This document shows positions 27,026 to 37,521 of a stretch of DNA of 64,000 bases, piece after piece. Where the stretch lies: assembly GCA_016839555.1 (NCBI GenBank), contig JAEOUA010000005.1, positions 64,001 through 128,000 on the forward strand, written 5' to 3'. Position 1 is the first letter of the stretch. Every line of letters starts with the position of its first letter. A model generated the notes under the pieces. It did not search any database. It was given only the letters and a program-made list of their open reading frames with translations, and was not told the origin of the DNA. The position numbers and the translations under genes are program-made. The stretch comes from Promethearchaeota archaeon. GTDB lineage: Archaea > Asgardarchaeota > Lokiarchaeia > Sigyniarchaeales > SOKP01.

Positions 27026-28504
27026 TTACTCCTCAGATTCTTTTTCTTTTGCTAATCGATCTATTTTACTATCAAGTTTTGATTCAACTTTTGGCATTTC
27101 TGGTAAATGTTTTAAGGTTTCTTTATAATTAATTCCAGACTTTTCCAAGCGTTTTCTTTGAATTAGATATAATAGTGCCCCGACAGCTGTATAGGGGAAA
27201 ACAATTAATGCAACCACAAGTCCCGCATCAGGATCTGTAAATACCAAAAACACGAATATAAATGAAGTAATTGCTCCCATTATACCCATTATTTTTAATG
27301 CTCTGCGAGAAGGTTTAAATCCTGATTTTTCATGCCATTCTGGAAATTTTTTAGGAAGTGTTATTGCGGCTAGTGACACTGGAATTTGCAAAATAAGAAC
27401 TACTACACCTACTACTGCGCTTAATAATACTGCTGAAGTATATACTCCGTAAAATGGAGACAAGATAGGGATAAATGTAAAAAGAAATATTATACCAACT
27501 ATCAGAAGAAGTGTTAGGGCGGGAATTGGGGTTTTTTGTTTTTTATGAATTTTACCTAGTTTTTTTGGAAATAATTGTTCTCTTGAAATCATATAAATAT
27601 CCCTGCTGAAAGCCATAAAACTCGGATGAATAGTAGATCCTATTGCAGTGATAATAAGGACAGCCATGATTCCAACTACAACTGGAGGCAATAATCCTTG
27701 TAGTGCAATTAATTCTGTGACAGTACCGACGGGCTCATCATACGGTTGAACGGCTGCAACCATAAATGCTTGAAGCGTGTAAATAGCGACCAAGAAGATT
27801 ATACTGATAAGCAAAGCTCTCGGAATATTTTTCCCGGGATTTTTTATTTCACCTGCAACTTCTAAGATCAAAGTGAATCCAACATAGGAGAAATAAAATG
27901 TTAAAGCAGTAAATAAGACGGGGGGAAATCCTTCTGGGAAAAGTGGCATGAAATTCCCCCATTTGATAGCGGGAATTGCTGCGACAATGAATATTATCAT
28001 TACAAATATATCTCCAAATATCGTTAAAATCAATTCAATTGCGCCAGAAAGTTGAATTTTAATCCAATTTAAAAAATAGAACACAATTAAAACGATCACC
28101 CCAATAATTACCGAAAACCATACCATCGCATCAGCAGGTATTCCAATCACTTGACCAATAAAAAATCCGAAAGACGCCCCTAAATAAGCTAATGTAGATC
28201 CTACAGCTAATATAATTAGCCAAACAGTCATAAATCCACCAAATCCTCCCATCAATCGACTTACTATAACGTAGGTGCCTCCTGCCACGGGAAAGGCTGA
28301 TCCTAAGTAAGCAGCGATATAAGCTATAAAAATTCCAGGTATAACAGCAATAAGATATGAAATGAAAATTGCTGGACCAGTTTCTGAGAGTTTTTCTGCA
28401 GGAGCAATCCAGATAGAAGCTCCAATTACCATACCTATAATTATAAAGATTGCCATAGGTAAATTTAAGCCGCGTTCTAATTTTTCTTCAGCCATTTTAT
28501 TCAC
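27026..28504 (-). CDS. APC-family amino acid permease
   Basis: GMVIGASIW, PVAGGTY, FSYVGF..AGEIKNPGKNIPRA; 12 TM. Confidence 0.9.
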   Translation of the reverse strand: MNKMAEEKLERGLNLPMAIFIIIGMVIGASIWIAPAEKLSETGPAIFISYLIAVIPGIFIAYIAAYLGSAFPVAGGTYVIVSRLMGGFGGFMTVWLIILAVGSTLAYLGASFGFFIGQVIGIPADAMVWFSVIIGVIVLIVFYFLNWIKIQLSGAIELILTIFGDIFVMIIFIVAAIPAIKWGNFMPLFPEGFPPVLFTALTFYFSYVGFTLILEVAGEIKNPGKNIPRALLISIIFLVAIYTLQAFMVAAVQPYDEPVGTVTELIALQGLLPPVVVGIMAVLIITAIGSTIHPSFMAFSRDIYMISREQLFPKKLGKIHKKQKTPIPALTLLLIVGIIFLFTFIPILSPFYGVYTSAVLLSAVVGVVVLILQIPVSLAAITLPKKFPEWHEKSGFKPSRRALKIMGIMGAITSFIFVFLVFTDPDAGLVVALIVFPYTAVGALLYLIQRKRLEKSGINYKETLKHLPEMPKVESKLDSKIDRLAKEKESEE

Positions 28505-28808
28505 ATCAATAATTTTTTAATTTTTTAATAAAATCTAAATTAATTTAGAAATATTGTAATTAATTTGTTATGTTTTTATTTATATTTTTAGCTTTATTTA
28601 TTTTCTTTTAAGAAAATTAGATTTATATAATTCCTTTCAAATTGAAATTAAAACTATAATATCTTTAAGGTCTATAAAATTAAAAAGATTTAAATAAACG
28701 TGAATCATTAATTCTCAATAATTAGTTATCATAGAAGGATTTTATATAATTTTAAATTTTAAAATCTTTTTAAGCAATTTTTAAAAAATATAAAGCAAAT
28801 TCAAATTT

Positions 28809-30452
28809 ATGATAAATATGGACATACTGGAACTAAAGTTATTTTGGCAATATGTTGATTATTGGGCTCATATCGATCCAAATTTTCCTTCTATCAGATA
28901 TGGGAAAAAAATTATCAATGCGAAGGAATTAGATGAACAATCTGATAAACTTGCTCAAGCCTTACTGCATATTGGTGTCGAAAAGGGAGATACTGTTGTA
29001 ACGGTACTTCCAACTATTCCCGAATTCATACTCACTTTTCTAGCAGCGAGTAAAATCGGAGGGATTACGATCCCCATGGATAAAGAATATAAAAAAGCGG
29101 ATTTTCAATCCCTAATTCCACATTCTGATCCTAAAGTTATCATTACAATTGATAAATGGGATAAAAACAAAATTGCAGATACGCTCGAGGAATTAAAAAA
29201 TGAATTCGGAGAAATTGAATATATAATGGTCGGCAAGCATCATTTAGGGACTAAATTTGAAGAAATTATGGAGCAAGAATATAATCTGGAAGATGATCTC
29301 CAAAAGGCTAAAGAGAATCAAGATGAAGAGGACACAATTTTAGTAATATGGACTGGTGGTACGACAGGAGCTCCCAAACCAGTTGAATTGACTCATAAAA
29401 ATATTATTCAAATGTGTTTAAGAGAATTTGACAGCATTTTTACCTCTTTGGCTTCAGCAGGATATTCTCCAGAAGATCATAGAATTCCATCTTTGGTGAA
29501 TTTACCTGTAAGTCATGTGGGAGGAGCTGTAGAATTATTGGGCACGGGTATCATTGCAGGATTACAAATGATTGTTCAAGCATCCTGGTCTCCCTGGGAT
29601 TCTTTAAAAGCGATGAGAAAATATCACATACACTTTATGGGGGGAGTTCCAACGATGTTTAAAATCTTTCTCTCTCTTCCCGATTTAGATAATTATCAAC
29701 CCAAGAAATATTTGAACTTAGTTGTTATGTCCGGAGAGAAGGTAAATATGGAACTATTAAAAGGAATTAAGGAAAGAATATGTGAACACATTTCTATTGG
29801 ATATGGAAGTACAGAAGCAGGATCAGAGACTACCTTTACAGAGCCTGGTATCAAATTCGAGAAATTGGCTAGAGGTTATGTAGGAAAAGCTCTCCCAGGA
29901 CAAGAAATCATTATTGTTGACGAGGATGGAAATGAATTACCGCATGGAGAGGAAGGACAAATTTATATAAGAGGTTCATTAATAGCTAAATCATATTATA
30001 AGATGCCTGAGAAAAATAAAGAAGAATTTAAAGAAGATGGTTTTTGTAAAACAGGAGATTTGGGTTATAAAGATGAAAAAGGAGGATTATACATTACAGG
30101 AAGAATAAAACAGATAATTAGAGTGGGTGCTTATACTGTATATCCTACTGAAATTGAAGAACTTGCTCTATCTCATCCGAAAGTTGCGATTGCCGCTGCA
30201 TTAGGTGCCCCAGATGAAATAAAGGGTGAAGTGGTATGGCTAGTAATAGGTCCAGAATTAGGAGTAAAATTCGATGATTCAGATAAAGAAGAACTTGAAA
30301 AAATGTTTCAAAAAAACTTAGCAAAATATGCTGTTCCAAAAAACATCATTGTGTACCCCTTAGATCCTAATGATTTACCTATCACGAGGATAGGAAAAGT
30401 TGATCGAGTAAGATTAAAAAAGGAATTAATCTCAAAACAGACTGAAAGCTAA
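28809..30452 (+). CDS. Acyl-CoA synthetase (ANL adenylate-forming family)
   Basis: WTGGTTGAPK, GYGSTE, TGDLG, GRIK, GKVDR. Confidence 0.9.
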   Translation: MINMDILELKLFWQYVDYWAHIDPNFPSIRYGKKIINAKELDEQSDKLAQALLHIGVEKGDTVVTVLPTIPEFILTFLAASKIGGITIPMDKEYKKADFQSLIPHSDPKVIITIDKWDKNKIADTLEELKNEFGEIEYIMVGKHHLGTKFEEIMEQEYNLEDDLQKAKENQDEEDTILVIWTGGTTGAPKPVELTHKNIIQMCLREFDSIFTSLASAGYSPEDHRIPSLVNLPVSHVGGAVELLGTGIIAGLQMIVQASWSPWDSLKAMRKYHIHFMGGVPTMFKIFLSLPDLDNYQPKKYLNLVVMSGEKVNMELLKGIKERICEHISIGYGSTEAGSETTFTEPGIKFEKLARGYVGKALPGQEIIIVDEDGNELPHGEEGQIYIRGSLIAKSYYKMPEKNKEEFKEDGFCKTGDLGYKDEKGGLYITGRIKQIIRVGAYTVYPTEIEELALSHPKVAIAAALGAPDEIKGEVVWLVIGPELGVKFDDSDKEELEKMFQKNLAKYAVPKNIIVYPLDPNDLPITRIGKVDRVRLKKELISKQTES

Positions 30453-30490
30453 AATAAGTTGAATAATTATATAAAAAAATAAAATGAGGA

Positions 30491-31270
30491 TTGAATAATA
30501 TGGAAAAGAATGTAATATATAAAAAGCAAGGAGATATTGGCAATGTCATTTTAAATAAACCGGATAAATATAACACATTAGATATTGATACTTTAAAAGA
30601 ATTGATTGCTGCTTTCCAAGAAAGTAAAGAAAAGGAAGATATTTGCGTAATATATTCTGCTAAAGGGAAACATTTTACAGTTGGAGCTGACCTAAAGTAT
30701 AGTTACAATCTATTAAATTCTCCAGAAAGAATACCAGAGGCTGTTGAATTTCTGGAAAGTTTTCAAGATCTCACCAGAGCTATGTTAGATCACCCAGGAA
30801 TCATAATAGCAGGTTTACATGGTTGGGTTATTGGAGGTGGATTTGAACAATTGCTTGGATGCGATATTAGAATTGCGGCAGAAGATACAAGAATCATGCT
30901 TCCTGAACTTGGTGCGGGATTATTCTTTTCAAACGCATCAACGAAATTACTCCCTCGAATAGTGGGGGAAGGAAATGCAAAATATTTGATGTTACTTGGT
31001 GATGAAATTAACGCGGAAGAGGCATTAAGAATTGGATTAGTTAGTAAAATCTGTAAAACCACGGCATTAAATAGAATATTAAAGAAAATGGCAAATAAAA
31101 TAACACAAAAAAGTCATTTAGCAATAAAATATACAAAAGACCATCTTAATTATAATCAAGATTTGGGAATTGAAGCAGTTTTAGCCCGCGAAACAATCGC
31201 AATGAGAAAAACTGGGCAATCAGATGAATTGAAAAAAAGATTGAAAATGTTTGTAGAAGAGAGACATTAA
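30491..31270 (+). CDS. Enoyl-CoA hydratase/isomerase
   Basis: FTVGADL, GGGFE, DIRIA, LPE (both catalytic Glu present). Confidence 0.9.
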   Translation: MNNMEKNVIYKKQGDIGNVILNKPDKYNTLDIDTLKELIAAFQESKEKEDICVIYSAKGKHFTVGADLKYSYNLLNSPERIPEAVEFLESFQDLTRAMLDHPGIIIAGLHGWVIGGGFEQLLGCDIRIAAEDTRIMLPELGAGLFFSNASTKLLPRIVGEGNAKYLMLLGDEINAEEALRIGLVSKICKTTALNRILKKMANKITQKSHLAIKYTKDHLNYNQDLGIEAVLARETIAMRKTGQSDELKKRLKMFVEERH

Positions 31271-31286
31271 GCTTTTGCTCTCACTT

Positions 31287-32486
31287 TTAATATCTCTCAT
31301 TTAATTTTTGTAGTAATTTCTTATTTCTTTTCATTTTCTTTTTAAGTTCACCTAACGCATCTTTAACAGCAAAATCATAGGATGTCATGCCACTTTCATT
31401 TGCACCTTGAATAATTTCAAATGTCTTATCACTAATTTTCGCTTTAATGAATTCAAAGATTTCTTCTGCATTTTTTGCTACCTTATTTACCCAAATAGCT
31501 AAAATTTCACCAGCATTGGCTATAAAATCAGGAAAAGCAATTATTTCCCTTTCCTTGAGCTTATACTGAATTCCTTTTTCATAAGGTATATTGGCCGCTG
31601 GAACAATTGCAATTGCATCCATTTTCTCGACATTTTTATTATTAATCGCATCTGGTCTGGCACCTGGGATGATAAAATCCGTTTGATATTCTGAGGATAA
31701 TTCAAAAAGTTTTTCTTTTTCCACTTTAACTAAATCTGTGCTTTCATAATGATTAACTAACTCATCTCCATATTTTTTTTTAAGATTTAACAGCAGTTCT
31801 ATATCAAGTCCATTTTCATCAAAAATAGCGCCTTTAATTGTTGAAAGTCCAGTTAAATTGAAACCCAATTCATGGAGGCTCATTCCTACCGCGGTTCCCA
31901 CTTTTCCAAAGCCTTCCAAAATAACAGAAGGTTTCTTACTGGTATCTCGCTTCTTATCGGTTAATTTCTCCAAATTATTGTATATTACTTCTAAACAGTA
32001 AACAACTCCATATCCCGTAAATAACTCTTCGACTGGAACATCGAGCTTGAATAATCCTATCTTATTCGGTGCCAAATTGGGTGCTCCAATAACCTTGAAT
32101 ATTTTTAATAAATCATCATCATCCGTTCCCATATCTGGTCCTGGATAATAAAAATCATTCTTTATGAATGTTTCAATTTGTTTCGCGAAGGCTGTTAATA
32201 ATATATTTTTCTGTTCTTTATTACTATAATCCCCCCAAATACCTACCTTGGCTCCTCCTACTTTCATTTTATAAGAACAAAATTTTAGCGTCATTGCTCT
32301 TGCTAATCTGATAACTTCATCTAATTCGATATCTGGAAGCAATCTAACCCCTCCTGCAGGAATTCCATAGACGGAATTATCAATTACGAGCACAGCATTT
32401 AAGCCTATAGAAGGATTCCTAATATTAATTATTTTTTCTGGACCATATTCATCTAATAAAGAATAGTCTTCTATATTAAAACTCAA
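31287..32486 (-). CDS. Glu/Leu/Phe/Val dehydrogenase family protein
   Basis: GGVR, LARAMTLK, GGAK, GPDMGT, TGYGV, EGFGKVG, PDFIANAG. Confidence 0.88.
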   Translation of the reverse strand: MSFNIEDYSLLDEYGPEKIINIRNPSIGLNAVLVIDNSVYGIPAGGVRLLPDIELDEVIRLARAMTLKFCSYKMKVGGAKVGIWGDYSNKEQKNILLTAFAKQIETFIKNDFYYPGPDMGTDDDDLLKIFKVIGAPNLAPNKIGLFKLDVPVEELFTGYGVVYCLEVIYNNLEKLTDKKRDTSKKPSVILEGFGKVGTAVGMSLHELGFNLTGLSTIKGAIFDENGLDIELLLNLKKKYGDELVNHYESTDLVKVEKEKLFELSSEYQTDFIIPGARPDAINNKNVEKMDAIAIVPAANIPYEKGIQYKLKEREIIAFPDFIANAGEILAIWVNKVAKNAEEIFEFIKAKISDKTFEIIQGANESGMTSYDFAVKDALGELKKKMKRNKKLLQKLNERY

Positions 32487-32633
32487 ATTTTTAGCAACTC
32501 CTCTTTAAATGCTTATATAATAATTAATTTCAAGCATATAATTATTTAACCTTTCAAGGATTTTTATAAAACTTATAATATAATTAGGAGTTGGTAACCA
32601 AAAACCATAATTCTAAAAAGAGGATGATAAAAA

Positions 32634-32935
32634 TCCGACTCTCGATCCCAATATCTGCTGATAGTGACCGCATTATAACCCTCCACACCCAGTTCTAGAA
32701 GCGTGAGCAACTCAACTTACGACTGCTCCATCCCTGGCCTGATCGGGTTTGTTATTATGAGCTAATATTTTCTCTACAGAAAATACCGCCCAGCCACCCA
32801 CCATCTAGGTGAATGCTTCGACAGGTTATAACATTGTATATCAGCAACTCATGGGACCTGAAGTCGGACATTTCCGCTTTTGAGCATTTTGCGGTCCACC
32901 GAGTATAACGGCTTCAGGCAAGCCCAAGTTGCCCA
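32634..32935 (-). ncRNA. ffs: Signal recognition particle (7S) RNA
   Basis: Minus strand: helix-8 motif CGAUCAGGCCA-GGGA-UGGAGCAGUCG, helix-6 UAUUUUCU-GUAG-AGAAAAUA (GNAR loop), helix-5 closing UCCGACU/AGUCGGA, ~300 nt, TATA-like box upstream and U-tract downstream; ends approximate. Confidence 0.9.
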
Positions 32936-33047
32936 TTAGCATTAATGAATACAAATTTAAAAACTTATTGGAAAAAGAGAAGGCGCAAAATAGCAGTAAC
33001 TTATTTTAAGCACCTAATTTATATAATTCTTATTTAAAACTAAAATC

Positions 33048-33689
33048 ATGCTTCGACGTAATATGAAATCAGCACATACATCAAAACAAAAAAAAATAAT
33101 ACGTATTCTTTTCATAAGTTTATTATTAGCAATATTGCTGCCGGTTTTCCCTAATTTGATTGAAAGCATTTTTGGGCGATTAAGAGTGAGAAGTATTTAC
33201 CAAGATATCATCTTTAGTTCAATCATACAAGGTAGTGGTATTTTAATAATAGGAATTGTATTTTATCGAATAAGTAATAATCCATGGCTATTACAACAGC
33301 AAGAGGTATATCTTCTTATCGTTTATTCCCATGATGGATTGGAGTTATATTCTAAATCATTTAGTAAAACTATATCTTCTGAGAGTCTAATATTACTTGC
33401 TGGGGGTTTCTATGCTATAAGTAGTATGTTTCAAGAAATTACTGACGCCGAAGGGATTATTAAAGCTATATTATTAGAAGATAAAGAATTACGGATTATA
33501 AAAAAAGAGCATTTCATCTCTGCATTATTGGTAGATTATTCCACAGAAGCAACAGAGGAAGCTCATAAAAGCTTTGCTGATGAATGTGAAAAGAAATTTC
33601 AAGAAGAATTAAAGCAATTTGCAGGGGAAGTTTCCGTATTTAAAAAAGCAGATGAGATTGTAAAACAATATTTTTATGCAATTTCTTAA
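33048..33689 (+). CDS. Two TM helices fused to a C-terminal longin-like domain (possibly 5'-truncated 7TM-longin fusion)
   Basis: Two hydrophobic segments, then YLLIVYSHDGLELY / LAGGFYAISSMFQE / KFQEELKQFAGEVSVF, matching the pattern of 22435-22848. Confidence 0.7.
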   Translation: MLRRNMKSAHTSKQKKIIRILFISLLLAILLPVFPNLIESIFGRLRVRSIYQDIIFSSIIQGSGILIIGIVFYRISNNPWLLQQQEVYLLIVYSHDGLELYSKSFSKTISSESLILLAGGFYAISSMFQEITDAEGIIKAILLEDKELRIIKKEHFISALLVDYSTEATEEAHKSFADECEKKFQEELKQFAGEVSVFKKADEIVKQYFYAIS

Positions 33690-33770
33690 TTTTTTTATAT
33701 ATTCTAAATTATCTTTTCAATTTTTAACAGGGTTAGTATTTATCATCTAAAAATTGAATTGAAATTTATA

Positions 33771-34856
33771 TTATGGTAATTTTGAAATTGATTCATATAG
33801 TTCTTCTGAGTTGTTAGGAATTGAGGGGATTTTTTCTTTCTTTATGAGAGTTATAGCTTTGTTTGGACATGAAATTACGCAATTTCCACATCCAATACAT
33901 CTTTTTAAATTAATGTGAGCAATTTCTTGTTTAAAAGTAATTGCATCTACTTGACAACGTTCCAGACAGGTTCTGCATCCCTCACAGATTTCTGGATCCA
34001 CTTGTGCTTGATAACTACTCGTCCAATACTCTGCAGGATTGGGAATCATTTTCTGAAGAGATAAAATACCGCAGCAACACCCACAACAGGAGCATAAAAA
34101 CTCAGGATTTTTTGAGTTGGATGGTTGTAAAACTAATCCATCCCTCTGGTTTTTTTTCAAAACTTCTAAGGCTTCCTGCTTATTAATTTTCTTGCCAAAA
34201 CCCCTTTTTAACCATCTTAATGCGACTTCATTAAAAACTAAGCACGTATCTAATCTCGAAGTTTGTTTACACTCTCTTCCATCGATTCTAGCGGTTTTTT
34301 TGCAAATACAATCTAGTAATACAATAGGGCCTTCAATATTTTCAATTATCTTTCTCATATCATTATAAGTACTAACATGATGTTGTGGTTCGATACTTTT
34401 TTCTATGGGTATAGTTCTCAATTGCGGTATTTTTGAAGTTATTAACCGAAGTGCAAATTGAGATTCAATCATATATTTTCTTAGTAGATTTAAGTATTCT
34501 GGAGTTCGATTATAATTTTGAGACTCATCTAAACCCACCACCAAGGGGAGGATCTTGTAATATCTCCCATCCTTCATATTCTTCCACCCAATCAATCCTT
34601 TACTAATGAGCTTCTCTAATATTTCTTTTACTTGATTAGAAGAAAAATTTTTGCGTTCTAGAGAATCCTTTATTTTTTTTAGAGATTTATATTGATGGGT
34701 CAATTCCAACAATACTGGAATCTCATCATAATCAAAAAAGTATTTTAACAATTGGATGTCGGATCCAGAATCAGTAGCTGGAAAACCTACGGGCATCTTA
34801 TCAAGATGTTGCTGTAATTCTCTGTATAAGTGTTCTTTTGAATTAATTTCGCTCAT
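33771..34856 (-). CDS. 4Fe-4S dicluster protein with N-terminal wHTH-like domain
   Basis: CEGCRTCLERC and CIGCGNCVISCP ferredoxin motifs; CIC...C...C and CSCCGCCC cluster. Confidence 0.85.
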   Translation of the reverse strand: MSEINSKEHLYRELQQHLDKMPVGFPATDSGSDIQLLKYFFDYDEIPVLLELTHQYKSLKKIKDSLERKNFSSNQVKEILEKLISKGLIGWKNMKDGRYYKILPLVVGLDESQNYNRTPEYLNLLRKYMIESQFALRLITSKIPQLRTIPIEKSIEPQHHVSTYNDMRKIIENIEGPIVLLDCICKKTARIDGRECKQTSRLDTCLVFNEVALRWLKRGFGKKINKQEALEVLKKNQRDGLVLQPSNSKNPEFLCSCCGCCCGILSLQKMIPNPAEYWTSSYQAQVDPEICEGCRTCLERCQVDAITFKQEIAHINLKRCIGCGNCVISCPNKAITLIKKEKIPSIPNNSEELYESISKLP

Positions 34857-34955
34857 CTTAAAATAAATAGTTCTGTATGTTTTATATTTTATTCATGCGA
34901 AAATATAACTTTTTAATAATTAAAAATGTAAAATCTAATTCTATTAAAAATTAAC

Positions 34956-36380
34956 TTATTCTACTAAAGAACTGATCTTTTCATTTAACAATTCGATATG
35001 ATAGTTATCATTTAATTGTTCATAGATTTCCTTAGCTTTTCTAAAATTTGATATTGCGAGATCATGAATATTTTTGCTTAAATATATATCCCCTAGTTGA
35101 GCATGAATCTTAGCAATTTCCTTAAAATAATGAGATGATTCATAAATATGCAGAGCTTTTTCATAAAATTCAATCGCTTTTAAAGTATCATGTTGGTAAT
35201 TTAAATAAATTTCAGCAATAATAGTATTTAATTCTGCTACTTTAAATTGTTCCCCAAATTTATCATAAATTTTAATTGCTAGAATATAATATTCAATCGC
35301 TGTTTTTGATTCCTTATTTAACTCATATAACCTTGCTATCTCTTCTAAAACAGTAGCTTCTTTTAAACTCTCATCTTCTACTTCAAGGATACGTACACAT
35401 TCCATGCTTTTTAATAAATAATTTTCAGCATTTTGAAAATTATTCCATAAAAGTTCGATTTTTCCCAGGAATAAATAAATTTCCCATTCTAATCTTGATT
35501 TGAGATATATAGAGATTTTATCTTCAATCCTTTTAATCAATTCTAATGCTTTTGATAAATAATCAAAAGCTTTATCATAATAATTACCTTCCAAATAGAA
35601 ATATAATTTTCCATATTTTAGATTGGTTATTATTCTTCCATAGAAATTGTCATTTTTTTTGAAAAACACGATGTTTCTTTGTAAGATTTTTTTTATACGT
35701 TCGTAATTTTTTAATATGAATAATACCTCGACTAAATTGCTCGAAGACTTAACTTCCTCATAGATTAAATTCTCTTTTTCCGCTAAATTTATGGCTTTTT
35801 GATAATAATTATAGGCATTTTCGATATCTTTGATTTGCAGATACACATTTCCAATATTATTATACATTAATACAATTTTTTTTGTTTCGTTTAACTCATT
35901 CAAGATTTCAATGGTTGAATCAAAATGATAAAGGGCATCTTCAAAATATCCTAATAATTCTTTTATTAATCCAATCTCATTATGAGTTATTGCGAGTTTT
36001 AAATCATTTCTATCATCCGTGTAAACTTTCAACGCATTTTCAAGTTCGCTTAAAGCCTTTGAAAATTCTCTTTTTTTATAATAAAGTCCTGCTTTCTCTA
36101 AGAATAAGTCTCCAATAGGTCTCCCTTTTGTATATTGAATATCAATTTTTTTTTCTATTTCTCTAATTTTTTCATCTAAAGGGCCATCAACTACTTTATT
36201 GATATCAAAAGGTTTTTCTGTCTCTATCTCATAAGGCGAAGTCGAATCTAGATTTTCATAAAAATATGCTTCTTGGTTTTCTTGGGCATCGTCAAGATCT
36301 ACAAGGAGTGGTTTCTTGCAGTGAGGACAAATATATGAAGGATTTTTAATTACCATTCCGCAGTAAGGGCAAATGATCAT
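34956..36380 (-). CDS. Zinc-ribbon plus TPR repeat protein
   Basis: CPYCG...CPHC; repeated A..Y.NIG.VY...A..YY.KA pattern. Confidence 0.85.
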   Translation of the reverse strand: MIICPYCGMVIKNPSYICPHCKKPLLVDLDDAQENQEAYFYENLDSTSPYEIETEKPFDINKVVDGPLDEKIREIEKKIDIQYTKGRPIGDLFLEKAGLYYKKREFSKALSELENALKVYTDDRNDLKLAITHNEIGLIKELLGYFEDALYHFDSTIEILNELNETKKIVLMYNNIGNVYLQIKDIENAYNYYQKAINLAEKENLIYEEVKSSSNLVEVLFILKNYERIKKILQRNIVFFKKNDNFYGRIITNLKYGKLYFYLEGNYYDKAFDYLSKALELIKRIEDKISIYLKSRLEWEIYLFLGKIELLWNNFQNAENYLLKSMECVRILEVEDESLKEATVLEEIARLYELNKESKTAIEYYILAIKIYDKFGEQFKVAELNTIIAEIYLNYQHDTLKAIEFYEKALHIYESSHYFKEIAKIHAQLGDIYLSKNIHDLAISNFRKAKEIYEQLNDNYHIELLNEKISSLVE

Positions 36381-36474
36381 TTCTAATAGTTTCTTTTTCT
36401 AAATTATTATTTATAAACTTTTAAAAAATTCTATTCTATTAAAAACATATAATACGTGTTTAAGTATTTTTATA

Positions 36475-37392
36475 TTAATTTTCTTCTTGATATTTTCTTA
36501 ATTCTTCTTTAATTTTTTGATCGCTTAGACCAAAAGATTTGAGAAGTATCGATATTTGTCTTATTGCATTGTTTGCCCCGATTTTTTGTGCTAAATCCAA
36601 TGCTTTGATAAATTCATCTTTTGCTTGCTTTATTTTTCCTAAATAAAATAAAGATTCTCCAACGTAGGATAATCCTTTTAAGATAAATTCGCTATAATTG
36701 GAATCTATTGCTACATTAGTGCCTTTTTTAAAAAAGGTTAAGGCATTTTGATATTTTTGATTCCTTTTATTAAGAATTCCTAAATTAAAATATGAAGTAA
36801 TCATACCTTTCTTATCATTAATTTTCTCAAATGCTAATAAAGCTTTCTGATAGAGCTCTCTTAGAATCTCCCAATCTTCTTTTATTTCATAAATCTGGAT
36901 TAATTGACCAATACAATCCAAAAAGCTATAAATGTCCTTATTTTCAGAGCAAATTTCACAGCATTTGAATAAAACTTCGGATGCCTTATCCAGCTTATTT
37001 AATTTTAGATAGGAATTCCCAATTCCCTTTAGACACATGATTTTTTCATTCTGCTCTCTTAATTCATCATAAATCGTGAATGCTTCTTCATAATAATCTA
37101 TTGCTTTTTTATATTCTCCCTTTTTAACATACAAAACTCCAAATATTCCCAGAGCGGATGCTTTCCCGAGCCTATCTTTCTGCTTTTCAAAATATTTTAA
37201 ACAAGTCAAAAAATTTTGTTCTGCAAGGGTATATTCTTCAATCTGAAGTTGAAGCAACCCAATATCACTTAATTCTTTAAAATAATCAGCACCTTTTTCA
37301 AGGTCTGCAATATTTTCTTTTTTTTTATTTATTATTTCTTGAATTTCTTCTTTTAAAAGTTCATTTTCTTCAGAATTTATGGTATAATACAC
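36475..37392 (-). CDS. TPR repeat protein
   Basis: ~40-aa TPR-like repeats (GVLYVKKGEYKKAIDYYEEA). Confidence 0.85.
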   Translation of the reverse strand: MYYTINSEENELLKEEIQEIINKKKENIADLEKGADYFKELSDIGLLQLQIEEYTLAEQNFLTCLKYFEKQKDRLGKASALGIFGVLYVKKGEYKKAIDYYEEAFTIYDELREQNEKIMCLKGIGNSYLKLNKLDKASEVLFKCCEICSENKDIYSFLDCIGQLIQIYEIKEDWEILRELYQKALLAFEKINDKKGMITSYFNLGILNKRNQKYQNALTFFKKGTNVAIDSNYSEFILKGLSYVGESLFYLGKIKQAKDEFIKALDLAQKIGANNAIRQISILLKSFGLSDQKIKEELRKYQEEN

Positions 37393-37521
37393 TTCCAGGG
37401 TTGAATTAATTGATATAAATTATTTCAAACTAATATTATATATCCATAATAATTAAAATAAAACGCAAGTTTTTTATTATATAAATAAGGAAATGCAATT
37501 AATTTAAAATATATTAAGAGG

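Noticed and set aside
32634-32935. RNase P RNA or rRNA fragment
   Set aside because: Lacks the RNase P P4 consensus; has SRP helix 6 and helix 8 motifs instead
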